A stretch of 64,000 nucleotides of DNA, taken from Chiloscyllium plagiosum. Taxonomy: Eukaryota. The notes beneath the pieces are model-generated. The model worked only from the letters and a program-made list of their open reading frames with translations. It was not told where the DNA came from and searched no databases. The translations under genes and the position numbers were made by a program. Where the stretch lies: the NCBI RefSeq assembly GCF_004010195.1, contig NC_057719.1, forward strand, positions 85,052,558-85,116,557, given 5' to 3'. Shown here piece by piece: positions 39,501-53,857 of the stretch (its first letter is position 1; each line of letters opens with the position of its first letter).

Positions 39501-42235
39501 AACAGAAGGGACTATGATGCAAAGTTTAACTTTTTTGTTCAGTAGTAATTAGCTTTACTAATAGAGTTTGATTAAAGCAAATGTGTTCATGCTTGGTGCC
39601 CCTTGAATACTCTGAACTTATCACAAATTAACTCTGTTGAAAGAATTCAGAAACAAAATGAAAAACACTATTTCAATGACTGAATTAATTAATTAATTAG
39701 CCATCAGCTACCATTTTGACAAAATTACTTTGGCAGTGCTGCCGAGGCAGCCGTACTAATATGTTCAAGCCACTCAAGATAATTTGAAAATTTAATGTCA
39801 AGACCTGGTGTAGATTCCAAGACATTGCATGTTAAACTTTCCATTCAGCATGCATGCTGTTTATGTTACTATGGACTAATTTACAGGAATTAGATGCTGT
39901 CAGGGGGGTGTTTTAATGAGGGCTGCAGATAGTACAGTTAAAAAAGTGTCTGAGGTTCTGAGGAAGGGTCACTGGAACTGAAGTGTTAACTTCTGTCCAT
40001 ATGCTACCAGACCTGCAGAGCTTCTGCAGCAATTTCTTGTTGTTTCAGCATTCTCTTTCATTAGGATCCATGGATATTTGGCATCATCAATGCATCAAAA
40101 AGTAGTGTTTGTGGGTGATTTTCCTAATTTTCCATAGGAACGAGATTCAAATCCCAATGACGTCACTGAGGTGAAGTGACAACCTCACAATATGAAGTAC
40201 TCAATCGTAAAAGAAAATGATGTAAAATAAATGGCAGACAAAGAAGTGTCTTCTTTCTTGTTGAGTCAAGATCCTGACTTAATCATATTTGCTATGCAGA
40301 TTGCAAAGAGAACCTCATTACCCAAGAACTTAAGAGCCTGTCTCTTTACACTCCTTGACTGCTAAAAAATGGATTTTGGAGATTAACACAAAACAACGAT
40401 AGACTGTATCATGATCAGAAACGTAATTAGTACTTTTTGAGCAACCTTTACTTATATAGCATTTTTAGCATATGAAAATGCTCCATTGCACTTTACAAGT
40501 TCATTATCTAACATAACTCAATGTTGAATCATGTCTGGTCATCTATCGTGATATCTCCCAAAGCTTGGTCAAAGAGCTAGGCCTTAAGAACACAGACAGA
40601 GAAGTGTAGGTTTAGGAACACCAAAGCTTTGGACCTAGGAAACTGCAGATTCAAATCAGGAGTTCACAAATGACCAGAATTAGAGAACCACAAAGTTGCA
40701 GAATATCAGAGAATGGGATAAGGCTATAGAGTAAAATAGGGATAGCATTTAATATATAATGGATACTGGAATATAAGTCAACATTCTTTCAAAATTCCTT
40801 CAAAATACTTTCCAAAAGTGAGGAATGACTTATATGCAAGTGTGAATCAAGGGTTTGGATGGTGATCATTTTGAACTGTGAAGATAAATAACACTGGTAA
40901 TTTATACGAAATTAATGTGGCAAGTTTATTGAATAATTTTCTCATATAAAAATATATTTAACTACAAATAAACTGTTTCATGACCAAAGTTATTGTCTTT
41001 GTTGGCTGATACAATGAGTTCGTCAAATTCATTCTGTGTCACTTTGGCTGTGGCACCACCGTAAGATTCCACTGTGGATCAGATGAAATGCATTTGCTTG
41101 CAGAATCATTCTTCCACACAAATAATCTTCCTCTCCTTCAACTGAATTAGAACATGCTTTGAAGAATTTGATCAAAGATTATGCGTTATGGAGGCATTCC
41201 ATAATTTGATGACTGAACCCCATCAACCACTAACTGGAGTAGCGCATACATTTCCACACTTTGTAAAGATTTTACTTACTATCCACCAATTCTATTTAGT
41301 GCAAACAAGATCCTTGAATAGTCTGTTGAACTTTCGCATTCCATCCAGGTTGCTGATGTAATACTCATGTTTTTGCAGCAATTTGATAATCAATCGTTAT
41401 AAATTGATCATGTTGGCAGTAAGAGTTTTTGTAATCCCCAGGCAATCTCAGTCTTCTACTGCAATAAAAGATATTTTTGCACCATAAAATGAATATGTCA
41501 ACTTGCTGCTGTTCCAAAACCTTTGCTGGACTCAGCATTTGATGTGGCCCATTGCTCTGGATCCAGTTGATGATGCTACTGGACAAGTTAAATCCCTAAA
41601 TGAAATCTGGCTAGATTTTTTCAATTTAATATGGCAGTCTTTCATTGAAGCATAAGCAGACAAGGCTGCAGAATTGCCTTAACAATAAAATAGAAGTTTA
41701 AAAGAAATGAAATGAAACAAACCAAGCTAAATATAATACTTTGAAGATTTCAAACACATGGGAAACAAAATTCCATCTACTCACAACACCATCACTTGAT
41801 AGTTGATAAATTCTAGTAAAACCAACCCTTCGTCATCAAATCAGTAGGTTTGACTTAACTGCTTTATTAGCATTCTGGTCCTTTGAGGCCTTTTCTCTTG
41901 ACTATTCACTCAGTTGAGAACTTAGACTTTCTCAGTTCCATCATAACTTGAAAGGTTCTAACCAAATAGCCTGGTTTGAAAGTTTCACAAGCTTCATTCC
42001 TTTGCTAAGTTAATTTATTCCTTTAAGTGATCTGCACAATCACCTTTTTGAGGAGAGACTATACTTGCTTCCGACTTCAGTCAGGTTTTTCTTAGAAAAT
42101 GAACAAGCTTTTTAACAATATATTTAAAAACCTGCTCATCCTAGGATCTGCTACAGCTAATGGCTTAATGTTCTCTCTCTCCTGTCATAAGCCCCACAAT
42201 ATAAATAAATTTCCATCACTCCAGAGGTTTTTATG

Positions 42236-43472
42236 TCATAAAATCATAGAGATGTACAGCATGGAAACAGACCCTTCTGTTCAACTTGTCCATGCCATCA
42301 AGAGATCCTAAATTAATCTAGTCCCATTTTCCAGCACTTGGCCCATATCCCTCGAAACACTTGCTATTCATATACCCATCTGGATGCCTTTTAAATGTTG
42401 TAATTGTACCAGCTTCCTCCACTTCTTCTGGCAGCTCATTCCATACACGCGGAGGAGAAAGTGAGGTCTGCAGATGCTGGAGATCAGAGCTGAAAATGTG
42501 TTGCTGGAAAAGCGCAGCAGGTCAGGCAGCATCCAGGGAACAGGAGAATCGACGTTTCGGGCATAAGCCCTTCTTCAGGAATGCTGGATAACGCGGTTTA
42601 GCTAAGCATTGGGACCTTGCAATCTTACTTGGATAATCCAAAATTCGGGTAGTTGAATGCTGCATAATTGAGGTTCCTCTATAACTGTGCTGTAGCAAGG
42701 GAGTTCAGTATTTGATACAAAACTGGTGTGAGAATGGAAGAGGGAGCAATCCATTTTGAAGAAGATGCCCATGACCAAATGCAGCAAGCCACTGGTCAAA
42801 GTTTGAAAAGCATATATTGGAACAGGTCCTCGAAAATCATCAGAAAATTTTCACCAGAAATACAAGTTTTCTGTATGTTTTAAATGATGTTTTGAAAAGT
42901 ATGTAATTTATATATATTAATGACATTAATCCCGCATGGACTCCGGACTACGTTCCGACCAACAAAACTTGGACCCAACTAGGACAACCAGTACCTACAA
43001 CAAATCCGAAGCCTCCAGCAACAGACCTCCCTCCGGATCCTCCGCTCCACGCTTGCAGCCATGCGCCGCTACCTACATTCCCTGCAACTCGACCTACCCC
43101 AGCTCAGGACAACACTCTCACAGACCTGCAAAGGACCTCGACTGTTCTTCATCCACAGAAGGATCCATTCCATACACGCACCAGTCTCTGCATAAAAAAG
43201 GTTGCCCCATAGGTCCCTTTTAAATTTTTCCCCTCTCACTGTAAACCTACGCCCTCTAGTTCTGGATCTCCTATCCTAGAGAAAAGACCTTGTCTATTTA
43301 CCCTAAGCATACTCCTCATGCTTTTATAAGCCTTAATAAGGTCACCACTCCACCTCCGATGCTCCAAGGAAAACAGCCCCAGCCTATTCAGCCTCTGCCT
43401 GTAGCTCAAATCCTCCAGCTCTGGCAACATTCTTGTAAATCTTTTCAGAATCCTTTAAGATTTCACAACATC
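42236..43472 (-). mobile_element. CR1 3' fragment containing a composite Penelope insertion (42451-43165)
   Basis: CR1 sequence resumes after the 14-bp TSD cattccatacacgc (42437-42450 / 43166-43179). Confidence 0.88.
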
Positions 43473-43855
43473 CATCCGCTCATCTGCTCTTTCTGATGTA
43501 TACTGGTTTTACAGTCAAGTTTCTGGAAATACTAATTCTGCCAATTTTTAAACTTAACAAAAAATACCAATACTCATATGCCACAAGTTTAAAAACCAAG
43601 CTCTAACATAATGTCATTAATATATATAAATTACATACTTTTCAAAACATCATTTAAAACATACAGAAAACTTGTATTTCTGGTGAAAATGTTCTGATGA
43701 TTTTCGAGGACCTGTTCCAATATATGCTTTTCAAACTTTGACCAGTGGCTTGCTGCATTTGGTCATGGGCATCTTCTTCAAAATGGATTGCTCCCTCTTC
43801 CATTCTCACACCAGTTTTGTATCAAATACTGAACTCCCTTGCTACAGCACAGTTA

Positions 43856-44015
43856 TAGAGGAACCTCAATTATGCGGCATTCAACTACCCGAATTTCGGA
43901 TTATCCAAGTAAGATTGCAAGGTCCCAATGCTTAGCTAAACCGCGTTATCCAGCATTTGATTATATGAACAAGATACTCCCCGCCCGTGTCAGTTGGATA
44001 ATCAAGGTTCCTCTG
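43856..44015. mobile_element. Tc1/mariner (Tigger-like) MITE
   Basis: TA-flanked TIRs tagaggaacctcaattat ... ataatcaaggttcctctg. Confidence 0.75.
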
Positions 44016-45004
44016 TATATAACAAGTTAACAAACATCACGAATTTTAGCTGAGACCTTGCTTTTTTTTTGTTTTGTTTGAAGACTCATTTATATTTGGT
44101 ATTTACCACTTGAGGGAGTCAAGAGTGTGGTGTTGGAAAAGCACAGAGGAGTAGGAGAATCAACGTTCTGGGCATAAGCCCTTCATCAGGAATATTTACC
44201 ATCTGAGTTCTGATGTGTGGGCATGTCTTAAATGCTCTTGCATTTTCACAACAGAAGCTGTATTCTGTACTTGATCATCACCCTCCTTAAAAGTAAGGAA
44301 AGCATGCATTTGTGGGATGAAAAATGGATACTTACTATTTACGTGGGTGAAGCTTGAAATATCCTAAAAGTGGCAGGTGTGTGGGTGTGTGTGTGCACAA
44401 AATTACGACTTATGGGATTGGAAAAAAATTAGTCATTTTATATGCTACAATCTAGGGTAGATTTTGCTTTTTAAGTGCATATGCTTTTGAAATGTCTAAT
44501 CTGGATAATAGCAGTGTGTTAATTCTGTGGAATGATGACATATTTAAAAACAGTTACAAAAAGAAACATATTAAACACTTTTGTAACCATGAATGTAAGT
44601 TTTGTTGAATGTTCTGCATTACATGAATAGTCCGATATTTTAAAACTGCAATTATTTAAAACAGGGATTCCTAAGATGTAAGGGTACATTGTTTTCCTCT
44701 TGAATTGGTATTCCTATAAATTGTTCTAAGAGTGCACCCTGAGAAACTTTGACAAAAAGTGCCTTTTTCAGCAGTAGTCTTCCTTCTTTATGTCTTGGAA
44801 ACACCTCGAAGAAATATCTAGAACATGGATCTCTAATGTTGATGAATGTCACATTTGAAACAGTAAATATGCCTATAACATAACATTGGTCCAAATATCA
44901 TTCATGAATCACAAATCATAAAATTGATACAGTGCAGAAGGCCATTGAAATTTCTCAACCCTGCAACCAATTTTGTAAACTTTTCCAGCACTCTATCCAA
45001 TGCA

Positions 45005-45985
45005 TTCCCACAGGCCACAATCAGTGAAGATTGGGGACAATATTTCATCATCACTAACATTCAACACTGGAGCCCCCCAAGGGTGCGTACTCAACCCCCT
45101 ACTGTCCTCACTGTATACCCATAACTGCGTCGCCAAATACCAGACTAATGCCATTTGCAAGTTCGCTGATGACACCATCATAGTCGGTCGAATCTCAGAT
45201 GGCGACAAAACAGACTACAGACGGGAGGTGGAAGACCTGGGAAAATGGTGCACTGAGAACAACCTAGCTCTCAATGCTAGCAAAACCAAGGAACTCATTA
45301 TTGACCTTAGGCGGGATTTACTCATGTACACATTAACAGCACAGAGGTGGAACGAGTAGAGAGTGTCAAGCTCCACAACAAGCTTTCATGGACTCTTCAT
45401 GTGGACACACTAGTTACAAAGGCCCAACAACGTCTCTTCTTCCTCAGGCAGCTGAGGAAATTTAGCATGAGAGTGAATACTCTTGCCAACTTTTATAGGT
45501 GTGTCATCGAGAGCATTCTATCTGGATGTATCATTATTTGATATGGCAACTGTACCATTCAAGAATGGAGACGGCTACAGAGAGTGGTGAACTCAGCCTG
45601 GACAGTCACAAAGACCTACCTCCCATCTATAGAATCCATCTACCAGGCCTGCTGTTAAAGAAAGGCCGCCAGCATTCTTAAAGATCCATCCCACCCTGGC
45701 AATGTTTTTCTACAACCTCTACCATCGGGGAGAAGGTACAGAAGCCTGAACACACGCACCAGCCGGTTTTGTAACAGTTTGTACCCCACTGTTGTTAGAA
45801 TACTGAATGGTCTCTCAAACTCTTAGCATTTGCCTGTACCTGTGTTTTTGTTTTTGCCGCTGTTTACCTATTGTTTACTTATCTATGCTACTTCACTCTG
45901 TGATCTGCCTGTAATGCTCGCAAGACAAAGCTTTTCACTGTGCCTCGGTACACGTGACAATAAATTCAATTCAGTTCAATTTAAT
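45005..45985 (+). mobile_element. Rex1/Babar-type LINE, 5'-truncated
   Basis: TGAPQGCVLNPLL, KFADDTIIVG, KTKELIID; aataaa plus (ttcaa)n tail. Confidence 0.9.
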
Positions 45986-47103
45986 TCCTATCCTTCATAC
46001 AGTGCAGCAATCAAAACTGTACACTTTACTTCAACTGAGGTCTAACTTATGTCCTATATAAGTTCTGCTTAACTTCACTGCTCTTGTATTCTATGCATCT
46101 ATCAATAAAGCCTGAATTCTTTATTAACAGGTCTCTCTTCAGGACATTCTTTAGAATAGTACCCCCTTTTTTATATTGTTTACCCACATTCTTCATCCAA
46201 AGTGTACCCACTTCGCACGGCCCACATTGTACTTCTTCAATCACCTATCCACTCACTCCACCAACTTGTCAATGTTGTTTAGAAGTTCTACCCTGTCCTC
46301 CTATCAGTTTACAATTCTCTCAAGTTTTCTCAAAACATATTATTTATTTGGCTAGCAAAAAAGATAAGTTCAGAAAAAAACTGATCACTTAATGTTTAGT
46401 TTAAGACAACAAGGCCGACATTGATAGCCCTATTAACGATCAAAAAAACTAAACAGGTTGTGCAGGAATTAATTGAAGAGGGATTATGAGGGATAGTTAA
46501 CATAAAGGGAAATCCCAAAAGTGGGTAAGGACACATCAAAAATAAAAATATGGTGAAAGGAGGGTAGGGCCAATTAGAGACTACAAAGAAGTCTACATGG
46601 AGGCAACAGTATTGGCTGAAGTATTAGATTAATATTTTACATTGGTTTTTATATACAAAACAAATACAATGTATAAAAGACATTTGGATAAGTACATGAA
46701 TAGGAAATGATTCGGAGATGCCGGTGTTGGACTGGGGTGTACAAAGTTAAAAATCACACAACACCAGGTTATAGTCCAACAGATTTAATTGGAAGCACAC
46801 TAGCTTTCGGAGCGACGCTCCTTCATCAAGTGATTGTCCCAGACATGGTTAGTGTCTGGTCTAGTGTGGATTTGATCTGTCCTCTGGCTCCCATCTCCCG
46901 GTCACGTGGGCGGACCAGCAGCTGCTGAGTTCTGTGGGTTTAAGCTGCGGCTGCCGTTTTTAAAACACAAAATGAATTCCTATAGTTTTACCGATGTAGG
47001 CATAGTCCCGTGGCAGATCAAGCATTTACTTCGCAGGCAAGGTTAGACTAAACATTTTCCCTCCAAAATGGTCAATGATGTAATCAGCATGTCATGTTAG
47101 AAA

Positions 47104-48230
47104 ATGCCAACAACAAGGTTTCACATGGTAAATTAATTAGTAAAGTTACGTCACATGGGATTCAGGGTGAGCTTGCCAATTGGATACATAATTGGCTTAA
47201 TGGCAGGAGACAGAGTGGTGGTGGAGGGTTGCTTCTCGGACTGGAGACCTGTCACGAGCGGTGTTCCACAAGGATCAGTTCTGAACCCGGTTTTGCTTGT
47301 CATTTATACAAATAATTTGGATGAGAATATAGAAGGCATGGTTACTAAGTTTGCGGACAACATCAAAATTGGTGACATAGTAGACAGTGAAGAAGATTTT
47401 CTAAAATTACAAAGGGACCTTGATTAAATGAGTTAATCGGCTGATAAATAGCAGATGGATTCAATCCAGATAAATGTAGAGTATTGCATTTTGGTACAAC
47501 AAGCAAAAGTAGGGCTTATATAATTAATGGTAGGGCCTCAGGCAGTCTTGTAGAACAAAGGGACCTAGGAGTTCGGGTATATAATTCTTTGAAGTTTACA
47601 TCACATATAGATAGAGTGGTTTAAAAGGCGTTCGGCATGCTTGTTTTCATTGCTCAGTCCTTTGAGTATAGGAGTTGGGAAGACATGTTAAGGTTGTACA
47701 GGATATCGGTGAGGCCTCTTCTGAAATACTGTGCCCAGTTCTGGTTGCCAGTTATAGGAAGGACATTATTAAACTGGACAGAGTTCAGAAGATATTTACC
47801 AGAATGTTGCAGGTACGGAAGGTTTGGGTTATAAAGAAAGGCTGGATAGGTTGGTATAGGAGCATAGGAAGTTGAGAGGCAACCAGATAGATGTTTAAAA
47901 AATAATGAGGGGTACAGACAGAGTTAATGGTAGCTGGTCTTTGTCAAGACAAGGAAGTACATTTTTAAGATGAGAGGGGAGAGATTTAAAAAGGTCATGA
48001 GGGGGCAAATATTTTATACAGCTAGTGGTTTGCGTGTGGAATGAACTTTCTGAGGAAGTGGTGGATGCGGATACAATTACAATGTTTAAAAGATGTTTGG
48101 ATAAGTACATAAATAGGAAAGGTTCAGAAGATATGGGCCAGGAGCAGACAGGTGGGACTAGTTTAGTTTGGGATTACATTCGGCATGGACTAGTTGGACA
48201 GAAATGTCTGTTGCCATACTGTATGACTCT
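47104..48230 (+). mobile_element. CR1 RT and 3' fragment
   Basis: SGVPQGSVL, KFADNIKIG, CR1 3' UTR. Confidence 0.9.
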
Positions 48231-48749
48231 AGTAAAAGAGTAAAAGACAACATGCAATCATTGCTTGCACATCATTAACAAATCAAATCTTGGGATAAAA
48301 ATGAAGGTAACTTGCTGCTAAGATATGACTGGATCAAAATATGAATTTGCATTAAAAAGGGATACAACCTGTGAAAGAAAGTTTTTAAAATAAATGGATG
48401 GATATCTTTGGCATGGTTACTCCCATTACACAAAATAGGGGCAATGACCTTTTGTTGTTGGTGCTTCATAGTTGACAAATTAAAGCAACATTACATGCAA
48501 AAGTTTATTTATTCAGCTTTAGATACCTTGTATACAACAGTTGAGATGCCTTGGCCCAAGATCATTCTCAATTCCTTCTCAAAATTATTACTGAATCTGC
48601 TCCCACCAGGGAGTATATTGCAGATCACTGGACCAGCTAACAAAATACTTCCTCAGTGCGTTTCTGGTTCTCTTGAGAATGATCTTAAATCTGTATCTCT
48701 GGTTACAGGGGAACGTTATTTACTAAATCAAAAGTCTTCATGCTTTTTT

Positions 48750-49788
48750 TTAGATTACTTAGTGTGGAGACAGGCCCTTCGGCCCAACAAGTCCACACCG
48801 ACCAGCTGAAGCGCAACGCACCCAGACCCATTCCCCTACATTTACCCCTTCACCTAACACTATGGGTAATTTAGCAAGGCCAATTCACCTAACCTGCACA
48901 TTTTTGGACTGTGGGAGGAAACCGGAGCATCCGGAGGAAACCCACGCAGACAGGGGGAGAATGTGCAAACTCCACACAGATAGTTGTCTGAGGCGGGAAT
49001 TGAACCCGGGTCTCTGGAGCTGTGAGGCAGCAGTGCTAACCACTGCAAGCGGGCATCAGAGCCACCCCGCATTTGCCACGGGACTATGCCTACATCGGTA
49101 AAACTATAGGAATTCATTTTGTGTTTTAAAAACGGCAGCCGCAGCTTAAACCCACAGAACTCAGCAGCTGCTGGTCCGCCCACGTGACCGGGAGATGGGA
49201 GCCAGAGGACAGATCAAATCCACACTAGGCCAGACACTAACCATGACTCATTGACTGAAACTCCGGAGCTAATTAATATGGAAACCCATCTCCTAATCAA
49301 ATCAACAGACTGACTGAAACACACCCATATTCATCAATACAGAACCATCCTGACACAAAGGACAGGCATCCACCAGACAAGAACGAACAGACTAATACAC
49401 ACCAGCACCCCAAGGGAACAAAGGGGGGTGCTAGCCCCCAGCCCTCACAGAGAGAGACAAGCAGATAGTACCCGGACCCGTTTACATAATCCAATTAGCA
49501 CCTATTGTGTGTACACTGCAACTCTCCTGGGACGGCAGGAAACCCACCATTTGCACCTACTCCAGCGATGATGGGGAACTATCATCCCATTCATACTCAA
49601 AATCCTCACATCCTGACAAAGAAAGGTATATAATGTGTAGCAGCGCGCGGGAACAGCAGAACAGCCGAGATTCGGACCTCGGTTGGTCTCCGCCGGTGTT
49701 ACTGTATCAATAAACGTTACCGATTGTTGAACCACACTCTGGGTTCGGACTGATATCATTTCATCCGCGCTAACACCACTGAGCCACC
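48750..49788 (-). mobile_element. HE1-type SINE interrupted by a solo LTR
   Basis: The SINE head gtgctaaccac|tgagccacc is split by the insertion. Confidence 0.88.
49044..49775 (+). mobile_element. Solo LTR (732 bp) with 4-bp TSD CCAC
   Basis: TG(caagcg)...(cgctaa)CA ends; ccac at 49040-49043 and 49776-49779; TATA-like tatataa (~49627); aataaa (~49709). Confidence 0.88.
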
Positions 49789-50479
49789 TGTATTATAGCA
49801 TGTCTCCTCCAAACTTTCAATGTTCTAAAGGAAATGACCCTAATTTCTCCAGTGCCTCCCCATCACTGATGTTTCTTATTCTTGACAATATTCTAGTAAC
49901 CTCATTCTGAATACACTTTAAGGACTTGGCATCCTTCCCAGAGTATGATGTCCAAACTGACCATAATGTACCAGCTAGGAACTAATCAGTGATTTCTAAA
50001 AGCTTAGCATTGTGTATCCTGGTGTCTCAGTGTGGTCTGCGTTAAATCATGCCAAAAGCAATCTCAAACAAGAGATCATGAAGTGGTTTCAGATGTGATT
50101 TCTTAATTTATGAGGCATTTCAATTTCCCACAGTTACAACATGCAACAAAATTGTTTTAAGCAACTAATCTCATTGGAACCATTTTTAAATTCCACTCAA
50201 AAGTAGGTTTCCTTGAGATCTAGTTACCAGCCTGTTTACCAGATTGATTGCACATTTGATGTACAGGGTGATCATAGCTCAACTTTTCCATCAAAATCAG
50301 GTCTTCCTTAAAAATACCTAATGAACCTCTAGGGTCAAAGCAGTGAGAACTGATTAATGATGTTTGACCTTAGGCTATATAATGTGAGAGCAAGATTCAT
50401 TTCAGCATTATTACCATGACTTAAGTTTGTGTAAGATGATTAAGAAATAACAGAGAGGAGAATCAAGGATTTAACTGAT

Positions 50480-51785
50480 TTTCTGAGGTTATGCAGAATT
50501 GGTTTGAGTGGAGACAAGGAATAGTATGGGAAAGAAGTCATGAGTGGGATTGGTCTACAGGTCCCTAACAAAAACTGCAATGCAAAATGTGGGACAATGC
50601 TTACAGGACGAAATATTGGTGCTTGTGATAAAGGGACAGTAATCATCATGGATGACATATATATAAACTGAAAAAATCCAACTGAAGTTGAAAGAGAGAG
50701 AGGAACTCAGTGAGATTTCAATCATAAAGGAAGTGGCAAACTGATTGAGTTACATCTGAAACTGAACTCCTGGATCCTGATGAAGCTCACCCTAGGATCT
50801 TGAAAGATGTTGCTCATTATGGTTGAGATGCATTGGTGTTATTTTTCTAAAATTTCCCCAATTCAGCAAAAGTCCCATCAGACTGGAAAGTAACAAATAT
50901 CATCCCTTGATTCAGTAAGGAGGAATGTAGAAAGAGTAAATTATAGATTAATTAGCTTGACGTCTGTCATGGGCTAGGTATTAGAATGGATCATTAAAGA
51001 GATGATAGCTGTACCCTTAGAAGAACTCAATGCAACTGGGAAGAGTCAGCATAGTTTTGTCAAAGGGGAAACATGCATAACCAACTTATTTGGTTTTGAA
51101 GGAGTAACATGCCTATGGACAACACTGTACTTGGAATTCTGGAAGGCATATAAGGTTAAAAATTGCTGTGGAAAATAAAAGCACAGCAGTGGGTAACATA
51201 TTGGCATGAGTAGAAGGTTGGTTGACAAGGCAAAAAACATAAGTGGGTGTTTGCATGATTGGCAGGATATGACAAGTAGAGTCCCACAAAGGTCTGTGCT
51301 GAGGTTTCAACTGTTTACAATTTACGTTCGTAACTTAGACGACAAAAGTGAAGACATGGTAGCTAAACTTGCAAACAACATCAAGATAATCGGTAAGGTT
51401 TTGTGAGATGACATATGGAGGTTGTAATAGGATACAGACAAGTTAACTGAGTAGATAAAGATCTGGCAGATGGAGTACAATGTGAGAAAATGTGAAACTG
51501 TTCACTTTGGAAGGAAAAATGAAAAAGCAAAGTACTACTTAAATGGAGAATGATGCAGATTTCTGAGGTTCAGAGAGGTCTAGGCATTCTACTGAAGTTA
51601 TTGCAGGTATAACATATAATCAAGAAGGTTATCCTTTATTATGAAAGGAAGTCAACATAAAAATATTAATGTTATACTTCATTATACAGGGCATTGATGA
51701 TATCATCTTGAATATTATGTACCATTTTCATCTCCTCACGTAACAAAGGAGTAAATACATTGGCGGTGCTGCAGAGGAAGTTCAC
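50480..51785 (+). mobile_element. Old degenerate CR1
   Basis: VPQRSVLRFQLFTIY and KLANNIKIIG remnants of RT motifs. Confidence 0.75.
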
Positions 51786-53857
51786 TAGATTATTACCAGG
51801 GGTGAGTCAAAGTCTACCGCTTTGCCTTCATCAACTTCCTTTGTCGCCCCTTCGAAAAAGTTAGTGAGACACGATTTCCCATGCACAAAGCCACGCTGAC
51901 TATCACCGATCAGCTTTTTCAAATGCATGTCAAAACTGTCCCTCAGAAACCTCTCTAACAACTTAGCCACGACTAATGTAAGGTTCACCAGTCTACAGTC
52001 ACCTGGATTTTCCTTACAGCCTTTCTTAAATAATGGCACCACATTAGAATCATAGAGATGTAGAGTACAGAAATAAACCGTTTGGTTCAACTCGTCCATG
52101 CTGACCAGATATCCTAAACTAATCCATTTGCCAGCACTTGGCCCATATCCCCCTAAACCATTCCTATTCGCATACCCATCCAGATGCCTAGGTTCCCAGC
52201 CTCATTCCTGATGAAGGGCTTTTGCCCAAAATGTAGATGGAATTGTGGCCAAGTGGCCTTACAAAAGTTGCATGTCTACATCAGTGCTGCAAATAACCTC
52301 CAAACCTCAGCTGAATATTTTGCCATCACTAGAACTTTGAGTCATTAGATTTAATAACCTCAATCCAGTTTGGATTGCATGAATGCTACATGGCACAGAT
52401 TAGAGAGAAGGAAGTGAGGATTGCAGATGCTGGAGATCAGAGCTGAAAATGTGTTGCTGGAAAAGTGCAGCAGGTCAGGCAGCATCCAAGGAACAGGAGA
52501 ATCGACGTTTCAGGCATAAGCCCTTCTTCAGCAGTTTCTCGTTATAATCATCTGAAGGTGAAGCACCCATTTTTATATATTGATTACATTACCCAGACTT
52601 ACCATGGCTCACTTCGTATCATTTGTGCCTTTAAGTCCTACAGTTCTGGGTTCAAGTCACAGTCCTAGGACTTGAATGTAAAAATTAAGTTTGACACTCT
52701 AGTACATTGTTGGACGTGCTAACTTTTGGATAAGGCATTAAATGGATCGCCGTTTGTCTGGTGGAGGTAAAAGATCCCATGGCATGATTTCAAAGAAGAA
52801 GAAGAAGAAAAATAAGGGGAGGCAATGACCTAATAGTATTATCGTTAGATTGTTAATACTGAATCCTAGGTAATGTTCTGGGGACCTGGGTTTGAACCTT
52901 GTCGTGGCAGATGGAAGAATCTGAATTCAATAAAAAACAACAAAAATATCCTGAATTAACAGTCTAATGGTGATCATGAAACCATTGTCGATAGTTGAGG
53001 AAAAAAAACCTATCTGATTCACAAATGCCCTTTAGGGAAGCAAAGTGCCATCCTTACTTGGTCTGGCCTACATATGACTCCAAACCTACAGCAATGTGGC
53101 TCTCTCTCAAAAATTAGGCAATAAATTTTGGCACAGCCAGCGATACTGTCATCAAAATAAATTAATTAATTCAAAAATAAGCAGGAGAGCCACCCCCATC
53201 ACTTTGGTGAATTTATTCTTCAATATATATCACAAAATCAAATTATTTATAATTATCAGTTTTAGTTCATGGGTATTTGTTGTATACAAATCAGCTGCTG
53301 TTTACTCAATTATAAAGAATACTGTTGAAGAGTGGTAGAATAATTCCCTCTTTTCTCACTTCTTGTTTGACCAAATCAGGTTTCTTTTTTTTAAGATTGC
53401 CAATTTCAGTACGTTAACAGTTTACATGCTGTGACTGTAAAAGACATACCAAGGGAGGATTCCGCTATGTTTCAAAAAGAAAATAGCATTGTATTTATTT
53501 GTACTTAACCCAAAATGAAAATGTTCTGACTTTCATGCATGCATAAGTCTAAATGTAAGTTACAGAATGGGAGGATATATTTAGCAGTATTTTTAAAGTT
53601 CGATACAACTGTAGGTATACATATGCTGTAGTTTGATGTATTGGATCTCAATTGGTCTCCCTGGATTTTCATCAAGTAAGTTCAAATATATTGATGGATG
53701 AATTATATGTGATTTTGTGGTGTTGGCACCGATGTGGCTGGTTCTTAAAAAAGAAATTCTACCTAAAACGGGTGGATATGTTGAATAAACAGGGCTCGTA
53801 CGCAAGCTGAAAGATAGATGTCCTGCACTTTTGGCATTTTGTCTGCTTCTTTTCTGG

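Noticed and set aside
41800..44800. Bunyavirus-type (SDD) reading of the polymerase motifs
   Set aside because: Initially plausible, but GRL..K..Q..E, GWxxxLW, D-x-Q and the downstream capping, connector and MTase-like motifs fit Mononegavirales L better.
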